Source: an uncultured Bacteroidota bacterium
GTDB taxonomy: Bacteria; Bacteroidota; Bacteroidia; Flavobacteriales; Flavobacteriaceae
Direction: 5' to 3'
NCBI GenBank assembly: GCA_913041125.1
Contig: CAJWHM010000001.1
Coordinates: 29,698 to 93,697, forward strand
Length of the DNA: 64,000 nucleotides
Made by a program: the position numbers and the translations under genes. The notes under the pieces were generated by a model. The model made no database searches and was not told where the DNA came from. It saw nothing but the letters and a program-made list of their open reading frames with translations. Below are positions 10,827-20,384 of this stretch, one piece after another. Within the stretch, counting starts at the first letter, position 1. Each line of letters starts with the position of its first letter.

Positions 10827-10841
10827 TTGAAATAAAAAGTA

Positions 10842-11345
10842 GTGATGATGCTTGGAAATAAAATTAAAGATGGTCTTGCTATAAAATCAAGTGTAAAAAG
10901 AATTGCTTATCAAATTTATGAAAACAATATTGACGAAAAGTCAATTGTTATTGTCGGTATTGGAAATCCTGGTAAAATTTTTAGAAATTTAATTGGAAAT
11001 TCAATAAAATCGATTTGTGATTTAAATCTAATTTTTGTTTCCTTAACAATTAAAAAGAAAAAGCTTTTAAATGTTGTAGAGAGTGATATTTCATTGGAAG
11101 AAATTAAAAATAAGTCAATTATAATTGTAGATGACGTACTAAATACAGGATCCACTCTTATTTATGCAGTATCATACTTTTTAAAAATTCCAGTAAAAAA
11201 AATTCAAACTGCTGTTATGGTAAATAGAAGTCATAAAAAGTTTCCAATCAAAGCAGACTTTAAAGGTATTTCACTCTCAACATCAGTGAACGAACATATA
11301 AGTGTAATTTTAGAAGGGAATGAAATTGGTGTCTATTTAAGTTAG
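10842..11345 (+). CDS. phosphoribosyltransferase family protein (PyrR-like)
   Basis: PRPP-binding loop IIIVDDVLNTGSTL. About 167 aa. Start could be ATG 10845 or 10848. Confidence 0.7.
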   Translation: MMMLGNKIKDGLAIKSSVKRIAYQIYENNIDEKSIVIVGIGNPGKIFRNLIGNSIKSICDLNLIFVSLTIKKKKLLNVVESDISLEEIKNKSIIIVDDVLNTGSTLIYAVSYFLKIPVKKIQTAVMVNRSHKKFPIKADFKGISLSTSVNEHISVILEGNEIGVYLS

Positions 11346-11867
11346 ATAAGTTTTAATTTCAGCAACTATTGTTTTAAGATTTTTTTTATCGGTAGATATT
11401 ATGTGTTTAGCTTTAAAATAAAATTGATTTCTTTCGAATAAGTGTTTATTGACGTATCCTTTAATTTCATCAATGTTTTTTAGATTATTAATTAAAGGCC
11501 TATTATTTTTATCATTTAAAAGTCTATTGCTTATTGAATCTACAGAAGATTTAAGATAAAATGTCAAATTTTCTTCTCGGTTATTTATATAATCTATGTT
11601 ATTGTAATAACAAGGTGTACCTCCTCCTAGAGAAATAATCATTGGACCTTTTAGATCTAAAATTTCTTTCAAAGCTTTGTTTTCAATTTTTCTAAAATAT
11701 AATTCCCCTTTTGTTTGAAAAATATCTGAAATATTTAAATCCCATTTTTCCTCAATATAATTATCTAAATCGTATAATTTATAGTTCAAATCCTGCTTTA
11801 AATATTTACCAATTGTTGTTTTTCCTGAACCCATGTAACCAAGTAAAACTAATTTAAATGCTCTCAT
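11337..11867 (-). CDS. aroK: shikimate kinase
   Basis: Walker A GYMGSGKTTIG, SLGGGTPCY and R-rich lid. 176 aa. Confidence 0.85.
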   Translation of the reverse strand: MRAFKLVLLGYMGSGKTTIGKYLKQDLNYKLYDLDNYIEEKWDLNISDIFQTKGELYFRKIENKALKEILDLKGPMIISLGGGTPCYYNNIDYINNREENLTFYLKSSVDSISNRLLNDKNNRPLINNLKNIDEIKGYVNKHLFERNQFYFKAKHIISTDKKNLKTIVAEIKTYLT

Positions 11868-11943
11868 AATGATATATAAGAAGCAAATTTATAAGAAATG
11901 AAGATGTAAAATTCATATTTGATATTATATTTGCACGCTCAAT

Positions 11944-12016
11944 GATTCGGTAGCTCAGTTGGTAGAGCATCTCCCTTTTAAGGAGAGGGTCCTGGGTTCG
12001 AGACCCAGCCGAATCA
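11944..12016 (+). tRNA. tRNA-Lys (anticodon UUU), copy 1
   Basis: 73 nt cloverleaf. Acceptor GATTCGG/CCGAATC, D arm GCTCAGTTGGTAGAGC, anticodon loop CTTTTAA, T arm GGGTTCGAGACCC. Confidence 0.9.
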
Positions 12017-12024
12017 CTAAAAAT

Positions 12025-12097
12025 GACTTGGTAGCTCAGTTGGTAGAGCATCTCCCTTTTAAGGAGAGGGTCCTGGGTTCGAGACCCAGCCAAGTCA
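12025..12097 (+). tRNA. tRNA-Lys (anticodon UUU), copy 2
   Basis: Interior 59 nt identical to copy 1. Acceptor GACTTGG/CCAAGTC has two compensatory pair changes. Confidence 0.9.
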
Positions 12098-12107
12098 CTT
12101 TTTTTTT

Positions 12108-12191
12108 GCACACGTGGCGGAATTGGTAGACGCGCTAGCTTGAGGGGCTAGTGAGATTTATCTCGTGGAAGTTCGAGTCTTCTCGTGTGCA
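12108..12191 (+). tRNA. tRNA-Leu (anticodon GAG)
   Basis: 84 nt. Acceptor GCACACG/CGTGTGC, anticodon stem CTAGC/GCTAG with loop TTGAGGG, long variable arm, T arm GAAGTTCGAGTCTTC. Confidence 0.85.
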
Positions 12192-12231
12192 CACATCAAT
12201 TTTTTTTATTATATTTGTTTAAGCTTTTATA

Positions 12232-13170
12232 ATGAGTATTGAACATATGGATAGGATAAAAAGCACATTCAGTATAAAAAATCTTGAAAATCTTTCTGGT
12301 ATTAAAGCCCATACACTAAGAATATGGGAAAAAAGATATAATCTTTTATCACCTGAGAGAACAAATACTAATATTAGGAGATATAGTCTAGACAGTTTAA
12401 GAAAGCTCTTAAATGTAACTTTACTTTACAATCATGGTTTCAAAATTTCAAAAATTGCAAGTTTAAATTCAGATGAAATCCCAAAACTTGTTAGAAGCAT
12501 TGCTCTAAAAACAAACTCAGAACAAGTAGCTATAAACGCATTTAAACTAGCAATGATCAACTTTGATTATGAATTATTTGATGCCAATTATGAAGAGATT
12601 TTGGATAACCATGATTTTGAATACCTATTCATGCAAATATTCATGCCTCTAATGAAGGAGTTAGGTATCTTATGGCAAACTGGAGCTATATCACCATCTC
12701 ACGAGCATTTTATTACAAACCTAGTGAAACAAAAAATACACTTGCAAACTGAGTCCTTACAAAGAAGGAAGTTCAATAGTTCAGAGCTCCCAATTTTTGT
12801 GCTTTTTTTGCCTGAAAATGAAATTCATGAGCTTGGTATACTGTATCTAAATTACCTAATTCTCTACAAAGGTTATCGTACAATTTTTTTAGGTCAATCA
12901 TTACAAACTTCAAGCCTTGAAACACTCTATAGTTATGATACAAAATTCAACTTTGTTAGCTATTTAACAGTTGAACCAAATAGTGATGAAATTATGCCTT
13001 TTTTAAATGCATTCTATAAACAGATTTTGGAGAATCATGATTCAAAATTAATACTTTTCGGTCCACAACAAATTTCTATAGACAAGGAAAACCTTCCGAA
13101 AAAAATTGAACTACACAGATCAGTAGAATCATTTATTCATAAATACTTTCCTGCTAAAGTTCTTATTTAA
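12232..13170 (+). CDS. MerR-family transcriptional regulator with C-terminal B12-binding-like domain (CarH/LitR-like)
   Basis: N-terminal MerR HTH (IKAHTLRIWEKRYNLLSPERT..NIRRY). C-terminal VLFLPENEIHELGILYL...IFLG resembles the D/ExHxxG cobalamin-binding motif. Sits next to crtB/crtZ. Confidence 0.7.
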   Translation: MSIEHMDRIKSTFSIKNLENLSGIKAHTLRIWEKRYNLLSPERTNTNIRRYSLDSLRKLLNVTLLYNHGFKISKIASLNSDEIPKLVRSIALKTNSEQVAINAFKLAMINFDYELFDANYEEILDNHDFEYLFMQIFMPLMKELGILWQTGAISPSHEHFITNLVKQKIHLQTESLQRRKFNSSELPIFVLFLPENEIHELGILYLNYLILYKGYRTIFLGQSLQTSSLETLYSYDTKFNFVSYLTVEPNSDEIMPFLNAFYKQILENHDSKLILFGPQQISIDKENLPKKIELHRSVESFIHKYFPAKVLI

Positions 13171-13225
13171 TCTTTAACTCTATTTTTTTATATTTACATA
13201 GGCTTATTTGTAAGGTGATAAAGCT

Positions 13226-14065
13226 ATGAAAAATTTTTACGACAAAGTAACCGAAAACTGTAGCAAAATTGTAACCCAATCATATAGTACGTCCTTCTCT
13301 TTGGCTACAAAAATGTTAGACTCTTCAATAAGAAATCATATATACAATATCTATGGTTTTGTAAGATTTGCAGACGAAATAGTTGACACCTTTCATGATT
13401 TCCCAAAAGAAGAATTACTTAACCGCTTTGAAAAAGACTTAAATTTTAGCTTAGAAAAAAAAATAAGTTTAAATCCTATTCTTAATTCCTTTCAATTAAC
13501 AGTTAATAAATACAATATTGATAGAAAACTCATATCTGCTTTTCTAAAAAGTATGCGTTGGGATTTAAATAAAAATATTTATAAAACAGATAAAGAATAC
13601 AAAGAATATATCTATGGGTCTGCAGATGTAGTAGGACTTATGTGTCTAAAAGTATTTGTGAAAGGTGACGATAACTTATATTTTAAATTAAAGCCTGCAG
13701 CTATGTCATTGGGATCTGCTTTTCAAAAAGTAAATTTTTTAAGAGATTTAAAAAAAGATTATCAGGAACTTGATAGAACTTATTTTCCAAACGTTGATTT
13801 TAATCATTTTGATGAAGAAACCAAAACAAATATTATTAAAGAAATAGAAAATGATTTTAATTTAGCGCTCAAAGGCATTTTTGATTTACCGATCGAATCA
13901 AGATTTGGTGTTTATACAGCCTACAAATATTATAATAAGCTTTTAAAAAAATTAAAAAACATCCCATCAAAAAAGATTCAAAACACAAGGATAAGAGTTC
14001 CTAACTACCAGAAAATGGGTGTTTTTGCAAGAAGTTATTTAAAATATAGACTTAACCTGCTATGA
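13226..14065 (+). CDS. crtB: phytoene synthase
   Basis: YSTSFSLATKML, IYGFVRFADEIVD, YIYGSADVVGLM and FQKVNFLRD motifs of the squalene/phytoene synthase family. Confidence 0.9.
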   Translation: MKNFYDKVTENCSKIVTQSYSTSFSLATKMLDSSIRNHIYNIYGFVRFADEIVDTFHDFPKEELLNRFEKDLNFSLEKKISLNPILNSFQLTVNKYNIDRKLISAFLKSMRWDLNKNIYKTDKEYKEYIYGSADVVGLMCLKVFVKGDDNLYFKLKPAAMSLGSAFQKVNFLRDLKKDYQELDRTYFPNVDFNHFDEETKTNIIKEIENDFNLALKGIFDLPIESRFGVYTAYKYYNKLLKKLKNIPSKKIQNTRIRVPNYQKMGVFARSYLKYRLNLL

Positions 14066-14069
14066 TTTT

Positions 14070-14513
14070 ATGATTTTACTTTGGTTAATAACTCTAATAG
14101 TTACTTTTATTTTTATGGAATTTGTTGCATGGTTTTCACACAAATATATTATGCATGGTTTTTTATGGTCATGGCATAAAGATCATCATATTAAAAATCA
14201 TAAATCTTGGTTTGAAAGAAACGACTTGTTTTTTTTATTTTATGCCTTAATAAGTTCAGGATTTGTGATTCTTTGGGGTGAAGCAAACTTTTGGTTTGGT
14301 TTACCAATCGCCTTAGGTATTTTTATTTATGGTTTAACATATTTTATTGTTCATGACATTTTTATTCACCAGAGATTTAAAATGTTTAGAAATGTTAACA
14401 ATAAGTATGCAAAAGGCATAAGACGTGCACATAAAATTCATCATAAAAATATAAATAAGGAAAATGGAGAATCTTTTGGTATGCTGTGGGTTCCACTAAA
14501 ATATTTCAAATAG
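14070..14513 (+). CDS. crtZ: beta-carotene hydroxylase (fatty-acid hydroxylase superfamily)
   Basis: 147 aa. His boxes HKYIMH, HKDHH, HDIFIHQR and HKIHH, with TM helices. Confidence 0.85.
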   Translation: MILLWLITLIVTFIFMEFVAWFSHKYIMHGFLWSWHKDHHIKNHKSWFERNDLFFLFYALISSGFVILWGEANFWFGLPIALGIFIYGLTYFIVHDIFIHQRFKMFRNVNNKYAKGIRRAHKIHHKNINKENGESFGMLWVPLKYFK

Positions 14514-15923
14514 TTACTTCTTGAGCCAATTATTTACAAAATTGCAATTGCGACTATCTTTATTGACATTTACATAAGTTTCCTCAATTTTCTTTAACAT
14601 CCAATTTTCAATCGTTTTGAGTTGCTTTTCTTTTAATGCAAGACTCTTTATGCGTGAGTAATCGAGAGAATAATCTGCTTTGTGCTCATCAAATCTATTA
14701 CTGACTTTTAAAATTTTATACTTTTTTAAACCAGAACGTTCCTCTTCAACAAGAGGCTGAGAAATTTCACCATCTTTTAAATTTCTAATTTGACTGTATA
14801 AAACAGGGTCTAGATTTGTAAGTTCAAAACGAGTATCACCAGTCTGTGGGTTTATTAATACTCCACCGTTGAATTTAGTCTCTTTTTCATCGGAAAAAGC
14901 AAGAGCTGCATTTGAAAAAGTGATTTCCTCGTCAATTAAACGTTTTCTTAGTGTATCTAATTTCTTTTTAGCATCTTGAAGTTGAGAAGATTCAATCTTA
15001 GGTGTTAATAATATATGTCTAATGTCTACTTCTTGTCCACGTATTTTATCAACTTTTAGTATATGCCACCCAAAATCAGTCTTAAATGGATCAGAAATTT
15101 CACCTTCCTCTAAACTAAATGCTTCATCACGAAACTCTTTAACCATTCTTGGTCTTTTTCTATGTAATGTATACTTGCCTCCTGATGATCTTGATCCAGG
15201 ATCTTGTGAATATAGTAACGCTTTTGAAGCAAAACTTGAACCACGTTCTATAACATCTTCTTTAAAAGTTTTTAATCTATTGATAATACGATTTTCTTCT
15301 TTTTCACTTACTTCTGGTTCTATAACTATTTGAGAAATTTCTAGCTCCGTGCCGAAAATTGGTAAATCAATTGTTGGTATTGATTCAAAAAATATTCTAA
15401 CCTCTTCTGGTGTAACTTCAATGTTCTCAACAATTTTAGCTTGCATTAGTGATGAAAGTTTTTGGGTCTTATTGATTTCAAAGATTTCTTGTCTAAAAGT
15501 AGACTCATCATCTTTGTTGTAAAAATCAAGTACTTTTTCAATTGACCCTAGTTGCTGTGTGAAATTATCAATAATTTGATCTACAGTACTGTAAATTTCC
15601 TCAATACTAAACTCTAAACTATCTTGAATAGCATGATGAGCATATAACTTGTCTTCCATCAATTTCCCAAGTAATTGACATCGTGAAATACCTTTAGTCG
15701 GAATTCCCTGAGACTTCATTTCAACTAAAGTCTTATCTATATCAGACTCAAGTATTACATAGTCTCCAATTACAGCTGATACACCATCAACTTTAATTTT
15801 ACTAGTTTTTAAATTCTGATCTTGGGCAAACAAAAAACTACTAAAAAATAAGGCTAAGAATAGTTGTCTAATATTTTTCAAATGTTTTCGATTTAATTGC
15901 ATCTTGTAAGATATCTTTTTCAA
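14514..15923 (-). CDS. SurA-like peptidyl-prolyl isomerase (PpiC/parvulin type)
   Basis: Signal peptide, SurA-like N domain and parvulin motif FGWHILKV. Start may be the internal Met at 15902. Confidence 0.8.
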   Translation of the reverse strand: MKKISYKMQLNRKHLKNIRQLFLALFFSSFLFAQDQNLKTSKIKVDGVSAVIGDYVILESDIDKTLVEMKSQGIPTKGISRCQLLGKLMEDKLYAHHAIQDSLEFSIEEIYSTVDQIIDNFTQQLGSIEKVLDFYNKDDESTFRQEIFEINKTQKLSSLMQAKIVENIEVTPEEVRIFFESIPTIDLPIFGTELEISQIVIEPEVSEKEENRIINRLKTFKEDVIERGSSFASKALLYSQDPGSRSSGGKYTLHRKRPRMVKEFRDEAFSLEEGEISDPFKTDFGWHILKVDKIRGQEVDIRHILLTPKIESSQLQDAKKKLDTLRKRLIDEEITFSNAALAFSDEKETKFNGGVLINPQTGDTRFELTNLDPVLYSQIRNLKDGEISQPLVEEERSGLKKYKILKVSNRFDEHKADYSLDYSRIKSLALKEKQLKTIENWMLKKIEETYVNVNKDSRNCNFVNNWLKK

Positions 15924-16800
15924 ATTGCTTAATTAATTCCTGCTTACGCTTATTTAAAATAATATTTTTAATTTTTGATGTAATAATTTCATTTGGGGCT
16001 AATTCACCTTCATCTAAAAGGTCCTTTGTGAAGAACAAATATACCCCCAAAGTATCTTGAAAATTATAAAATTTTGATTTTTTTATGTATCTATCAAAAT
16101 TATTCTGGTTTAAAAAACTAACCTTAGAAATTAAATTATTTTTATTAATCCATAACGAATCTGACAGAAGGTAAGTATTATATTGGTATGATAATGAGTT
16201 TAAAAAAATTCTGTCGTCGCTATTAAATCTTTGAAAACTTAATTTAATTTTATCTTTATCTACATTGTAGGGTGGTAAATGTATATAACGGACTTTAAAT
16301 AGTGGCGCCTTCAATCTAAAAATTTCTTTGTTGTTGTTAAGAAACATATTTATCTCGTTCGAATTAATTATCGTATCTAAATTTTTGTTTAGGACTGCTT
16401 TTCGGTATGAATTTGTAAAAAGATCATCTCTGTAATCTTGGACCATTGTTTCTAATTTTATCAATGCACTCTGCGGAAGAATAATTTTTGCCTGTTTCAA
16501 TAGTAACTGTTTTCTTGCCCAATTATCTATAAAAGTATTTATTTTTAAAAGACTGTCTGATTTACTAATTGGTGATTTAATTATACCAACTATATCTTTT
16601 TTATACAAATAAGAAGTTCCAATTCTTGCAACAACTTCCTCGTTTACTTGTATCCAATTATTACAGGAGTTTAATAATGACAGAATAAGTAAAGTGACCA
16701 AAAACCCTTTCTTCGTGTATAAAAACAAAATATTGTAAACTTTATTAACAATATTGAAAGTTTTTTTTAATAAATTTTCTAAAATATTGATTTTTAACAT
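15868..16800 (-). CDS. hypothetical periplasmic protein (possible SurA-N-like chaperone)
   Basis: 310 aa ORF with lipobox-like LLNSC, co-oriented with and overlapping the SurA-like gene. No catalytic motif recognised. Confidence 0.55.
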   Translation of the reverse strand: MLKINILENLLKKTFNIVNKVYNILFLYTKKGFLVTLLILSLLNSCNNWIQVNEEVVARIGTSYLYKKDIVGIIKSPISKSDSLLKINTFIDNWARKQLLLKQAKIILPQSALIKLETMVQDYRDDLFTNSYRKAVLNKNLDTIINSNEINMFLNNNKEIFRLKAPLFKVRYIHLPPYNVDKDKIKLSFQRFNSDDRIFLNSLSYQYNTYLLSDSLWINKNNLISKVSFLNQNNFDRYIKKSKFYNFQDTLGVYLFFTKDLLDEGELAPNEIITSKIKNIILNKRKQELIKQFEKDILQDAIKSKTFEKY

Positions 16801-16866
16801 TTTAAATTGTTGAAAAAATTTTAATAAGTGTTGTTAATTTGTTAAATTGCATAAAATTTAGAGCTG

Positions 16867-17193
16867 TTGATTAGAAAATTACTTTTTTTCTTTCTCTTCC
16901 TAAATATACCTATTGCTTTAGCAACTAAACTACCTTACTCTAATTTTTCAAAAAACTTTTTTTCAACACAAGTTGATAAACTAGTACTATACAATAATGG
17001 AAGTATTTATCTAAAAGGTTTTGAGGGCCAAGGAATTGTTGAAATATATTCAATAATTGGAAATAAAATTTATGCTTTTGAACTTCAAAATCTAAATGAT
17101 GTTGCACTTTCATACCCATTGAAATCTGGTAATATGTACATTATAAGGGTAATCACAACTAAAAAAGCAGAAACATTTAAAATAGTAGCTTAG
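16867..17193 (+). CDS. small secreted protein consisting of signal peptide plus T9SS C-terminal sorting domain
   Basis: TTG start. LFFFLFLNIPIALA signal. C-terminal VEIYSIIGNKIY...LKSGNMYIIRV...TFKIV resembles a type-A Por secretion tail. Confidence 0.6.
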   Translation: MIRKLLFFFLFLNIPIALATKLPYSNFSKNFFSTQVDKLVLYNNGSIYLKGFEGQGIVEIYSIIGNKIYAFELQNLNDVALSYPLKSGNMYIIRVITTKKAETFKIVA

Positions 17194-17203
17194 TTATTGT
17201 CTA

Positions 17204-18679
17204 CTAACTAGGGCTATAATTTGGCGCCTCTTTAGTTATGCTTATATCATGTGGGTGACTCTCTTTCATACCCGCTGAAGTAATAGTAATGAACTTACCA
17301 TTAGCTTTTAACATAGCTATATTTTTAGCACCACAGTACCCCATTCCTGCTCGTAAACCTCCGACAAACTGGTGAATGCTTTCGTTTAAATCGCCTTTAA
17401 ATGGAACTCTGCCAACAATACCCTCCGGAACAAGTTTTTTAATATCGTCCTCTACATCTTGAAAATAACGATCTTTACTACCCATTTTCATAGCCTCAAC
17501 TGATCCCATTCCTCTATAGGTCTTATATTTTCTTCCTTCATAAATTATTGTCTCCCCTGGAGATTCTCGTGTTCCAGCTAACATTGAACCTAACATTACT
17601 GAATCTGCTCCTGCTGCAATAGCTTTAGGAATATCACCTGTAAATCGAATTCCTCCATCCGCAATAAGAGGTATATCAGTATCTACAAGAGCTTTTCTTA
17701 CTTCCATAATAGCAGATAATTGAGGGTATCCCACTCCAGCTATAACTCTTGTAGTACAAATAGATCCTGGTCCAATTCCCACTTTTATTGCGTCTGCTCC
17801 ATTTTTAATAAGATATTTAGCAGCGTCAGTAGTTGCTACATTTCCTACAATAATATCCAAATCGGAAAATTGTTTTTTCACTTTTTTAAGAACATCACTC
17901 ACCCCCTTTGAATGACCATGAGCAGTATCAATTACAATAGCATCTACTCCTGATTTGTTTAGTGCATTAACTCTGTCTAAAACGTCAGATGTTATACCCA
18001 CGGCTGCTGCAACCCTTAATCTTCCATATTCATCTTTGTTAGCCTTTGGTTTAGTTGAATGTTTTGTTATATCTCTAAATGTTATTAAACCTACTAGAAT
18101 ATTTCCCTTAGAAACCACTGGCAACTTTTCTATCTTATGTTTTTGTAGAATTTTTTCAGCATCCTTAAGTGATGTGCCCTCATTTACTGTGATAAGATTT
18201 TGACTTGTCATAACCTCCGTAATAGGTCTATTATTGTTTTTTTCGAATCTCAAGTCTCTATTTGTTACTATTCCAATAAGTTTATTATCATTATCAACAA
18301 CAGGGATTCCTCCTATTTTGAATTCTTTCATGTTTTCATTAGCATCAGAAACGAGAGCAGTACCAGGTAATGTTACAGGATCGATTATCATACCTGACTC
18401 TGACCTTTTAACTGCACGAACTCTAGCTGCTTGTTCTTCAATGGTCATGTTTTTATGTAACACACCAATACCTCCTTCTCTTGCCATAGCAATTGCCATT
18501 TCGCTTTCAGTTACAGTATCCATCGCAGCTGATACGATAGGAATATTCAAAGGGATGTTTTTACTGAATTTTGAAGTAATTGATACTTCCCTGGGGAGAA
18601 TTTCTGAATAGTCAGGAACTAAAAGGACATCGTCATAAGTAAGTCCTTGTCCAATAAATTTAACAGGAAACATAAGCAA
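17204..18679 (-). CDS. guaB: IMP dehydrogenase
   Basis: 491 aa. [10 protein letters not shown], tandem CBS pair, catalytic loop [11 protein letters not shown] and GGIRFTGD. Confidence 0.95.
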   Translation of the reverse strand: MLMFPVKFIGQGLTYDDVLLVPDYSEILPREVSITSKFSKNIPLNIPIVSAAMDTVTESEMAIAMAREGGIGVLHKNMTIEEQAARVRAVKRSESGMIIDPVTLPGTALVSDANENMKEFKIGGIPVVDNDNKLIGIVTNRDLRFEKNNNRPITEVMTSQNLITVNEGTSLKDAEKILQKHKIEKLPVVSKGNILVGLITFRDITKHSTKPKANKDEYGRLRVAAAVGITSDVLDRVNALNKSGVDAIVIDTAHGHSKGVSDVLKKVKKQFSDLDIIVGNVATTDAAKYLIKNGADAIKVGIGPGSICTTRVIAGVGYPQLSAIMEVRKALVDTDIPLIADGGIRFTGDIPKAIAAGADSVMLGSMLAGTRESPGETIIYEGRKYKTYRGMGSVEAMKMGSKDRYFQDVEDDIKKLVPEGIVGRVPFKGDLNESIHQFVGGLRAGMGYCGAKNIAMLKANGKFITITSAGMKESHPHDISITKEAPNYSPS

Positions 18680-18876
18680 CTAATATATAATTAATTGCAT
18701 GCTAATGTACAAATTTTGTAACTCTTAAATTATCACTAAACAAAGAAAAATATTCAAAATCTAACAAAGCGTTAATTTATATTAATTCTAAAAAAAATAC
18801 AATTTAAATTTGGGACATTATAAAAGGGCATCATTCTTCATTTTATAATTAGTCTAGATTAACAACTACTAATTTT

Positions 18877-18900
18877 GAAGGGGTGCCCCCTTTTATTTAT
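18877..18900 (+). terminator. orphan intrinsic-terminator-like hairpin
   Basis: AAGGGG-TGC-CCCCTT stem-loop (18877-18891) followed by TTATTTAT. No + strand ORF lies upstream, because guaB is on the opposite strand. Confidence 0.35.
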
Positions 18901-18981
18901 AATAATTCTAAATAATTTTTTTTCTTTCAAACTTTTTAATATTTTTGCTCTGTTAATTTAGACTAATTATAAATAAAAGAA

Positions 18982-20232
18982 ATGAAAATTAAAAATTTAA
19001 TGATAGTAGGAACAGCTACAATTTTTTTTAGTTGTACGGAAACTGAAACAATCACTGAGATAGTTGAAGTGGAAAAAATAGTTACAGAGACAGTTACAGT
19101 TACTGAGACTGAAACCGTAACAAAAAATATATACATTTTGCCAGAGGAATATTCATTTACAAGAAATGGTCTTCAAACTGTATACTATACAGGACAAACT
19201 GCTAGACTGAAAATGGCTACAGAATTAAAAGGTCATATGAATGATAATTCAAAAACGAAAGATCAATTAGACACAATGTTTAATTCCGGAACAGGTTTTA
19301 CCGATTCAACACTGGATTCGAGTGGAAAAAAAGTAGGTAACAAAACTGCATCTTCGCCTGTTGCGTCTGCTACTGTAAAACCTCTTTTTGACGGATGGAT
19401 TGAAGATTTTACATCTAATGTTGCACCAGCAGTCTCTGCGGGTACTACAGCATCATCAGGAGTTGCAGGGTCCTATACAGACACAAAAGATGACGGAACA
19501 ACAGGTAGAACAGTAAAAGTAAATGCAAAAGGATTTGAATTAAACCAAATTTTTTCAAAGGGATTAATAGGGGCATTTCAGGTTGACCAAATTGTTAATA
19601 ACTATCTATCTTTTTCAAAACTTGATGGAGCTAGAGAAGACAATGACAATGGTGTTTATGGATATAAAAATGATCAGGCAGAAAATTATATTACCAAAAT
19701 GGAACATTATTGGGATGAAGGTTTTGGATATTTATATGGACTCGATAGTCAGTTTAAGCCTGGGTTAGGAGATGCGGCTACAGGAAAAGATACGGCAAAT
19801 CTTAATTATTATCTCAATAAAGTTAATTCAAAAGAAGAACCAGGTATCTCTCAAAAAATATATGATGCATTTATTGCTGGAAGAGCAGCAATTGTTGCAA
19901 AAGATTATGATGAAAGAGATAAACAAGCAGGGATTGTTTCTGCTGAAATTTCAAAAGTAATAGGTTATAAAGCAGAATCATACTTAAGGGATGGTGCTGA
20001 AGATATTACAAATGGAATGTGGGCTGATGCCCATCACGCCTTATCAGAAGGATATGGATTTATTTTGGGGTTACAATTCACAAAAAATTCTGAAGGGAAT
20101 CCTTACATGACAAATGAAGAAGTTAATTCAATGCTCGATAGACTTAGTGCTGGAGATGGAGGTTTTTGGGAAAGAACTCCAGAGGAATTAACCACCATGG
20201 CAGATGAAATTGCTCAAGCAACAGGTCTTTAA
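18982..20232 (+). CDS. DUF4856-like lipoprotein (imelysin-cluster associated)
   Basis: Lipobox FFSC. 416 aa. Position directly upstream of imelysin/HTTM/TonB-receptor genes as commonly seen in Bacteroidota. Family name from memory. Confidence 0.6.
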   Translation: MKIKNLMIVGTATIFFSCTETETITEIVEVEKIVTETVTVTETETVTKNIYILPEEYSFTRNGLQTVYYTGQTARLKMATELKGHMNDNSKTKDQLDTMFNSGTGFTDSTLDSSGKKVGNKTASSPVASATVKPLFDGWIEDFTSNVAPAVSAGTTASSGVAGSYTDTKDDGTTGRTVKVNAKGFELNQIFSKGLIGAFQVDQIVNNYLSFSKLDGAREDNDNGVYGYKNDQAENYITKMEHYWDEGFGYLYGLDSQFKPGLGDAATGKDTANLNYYLNKVNSKEEPGISQKIYDAFIAGRAAIVAKDYDERDKQAGIVSAEISKVIGYKAESYLRDGAEDITNGMWADAHHALSEGYGFILGLQFTKNSEGNPYMTNEEVNSMLDRLSAGDGGFWERTPEELTTMADEIAQATGL

Positions 20233-20337
20233 TAATATAAATTTTGTGCAAGGTTATAGCCATAAACCAATGAGTATTAGTTAAAAATAAACTGTTTCAT
20301 ATTAAATGTTTTTAAATTAATTAAATGCGCAAATAGA

Positions 20338-20370
20338 ATCAACTGCAATGAAAACTCATTGCAGTTGATC
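20338..20370 (+). terminator. perfect 13-bp hairpin between the DUF4856-like and imelysin genes
   Basis: ATCAACTGCAATG-AAAACT-CATTGCAGTTGAT followed by CATTTTAAAT. It ends 14 nt before ATG 20385. Confidence 0.5.
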
Positions 20371-20384
20371 ATTTTAAATAAGCT

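Noticed and set aside
11854-12111. 85-aa minus-strand ORF in the ORF track.
   Set aside because: It lies entirely antisense to the two tRNA-Lys genes, and its internal repeat simply mirrors the tRNA duplication. Spurious.
3142-18611. Long antisense ORFs inside accA, the LptF/G-like permease gene, tgt, the transketolase genes, the PRTase gene, the SurA-like gene and guaB (for example 3142..3522, 8422..8820, 15022..15333, 18234..18611).
   Set aside because: Each is embedded antisense in a gene with strong motif support. These mirror frames have low-complexity Ser/Ile/Phe composition, and nothing supports independent function.
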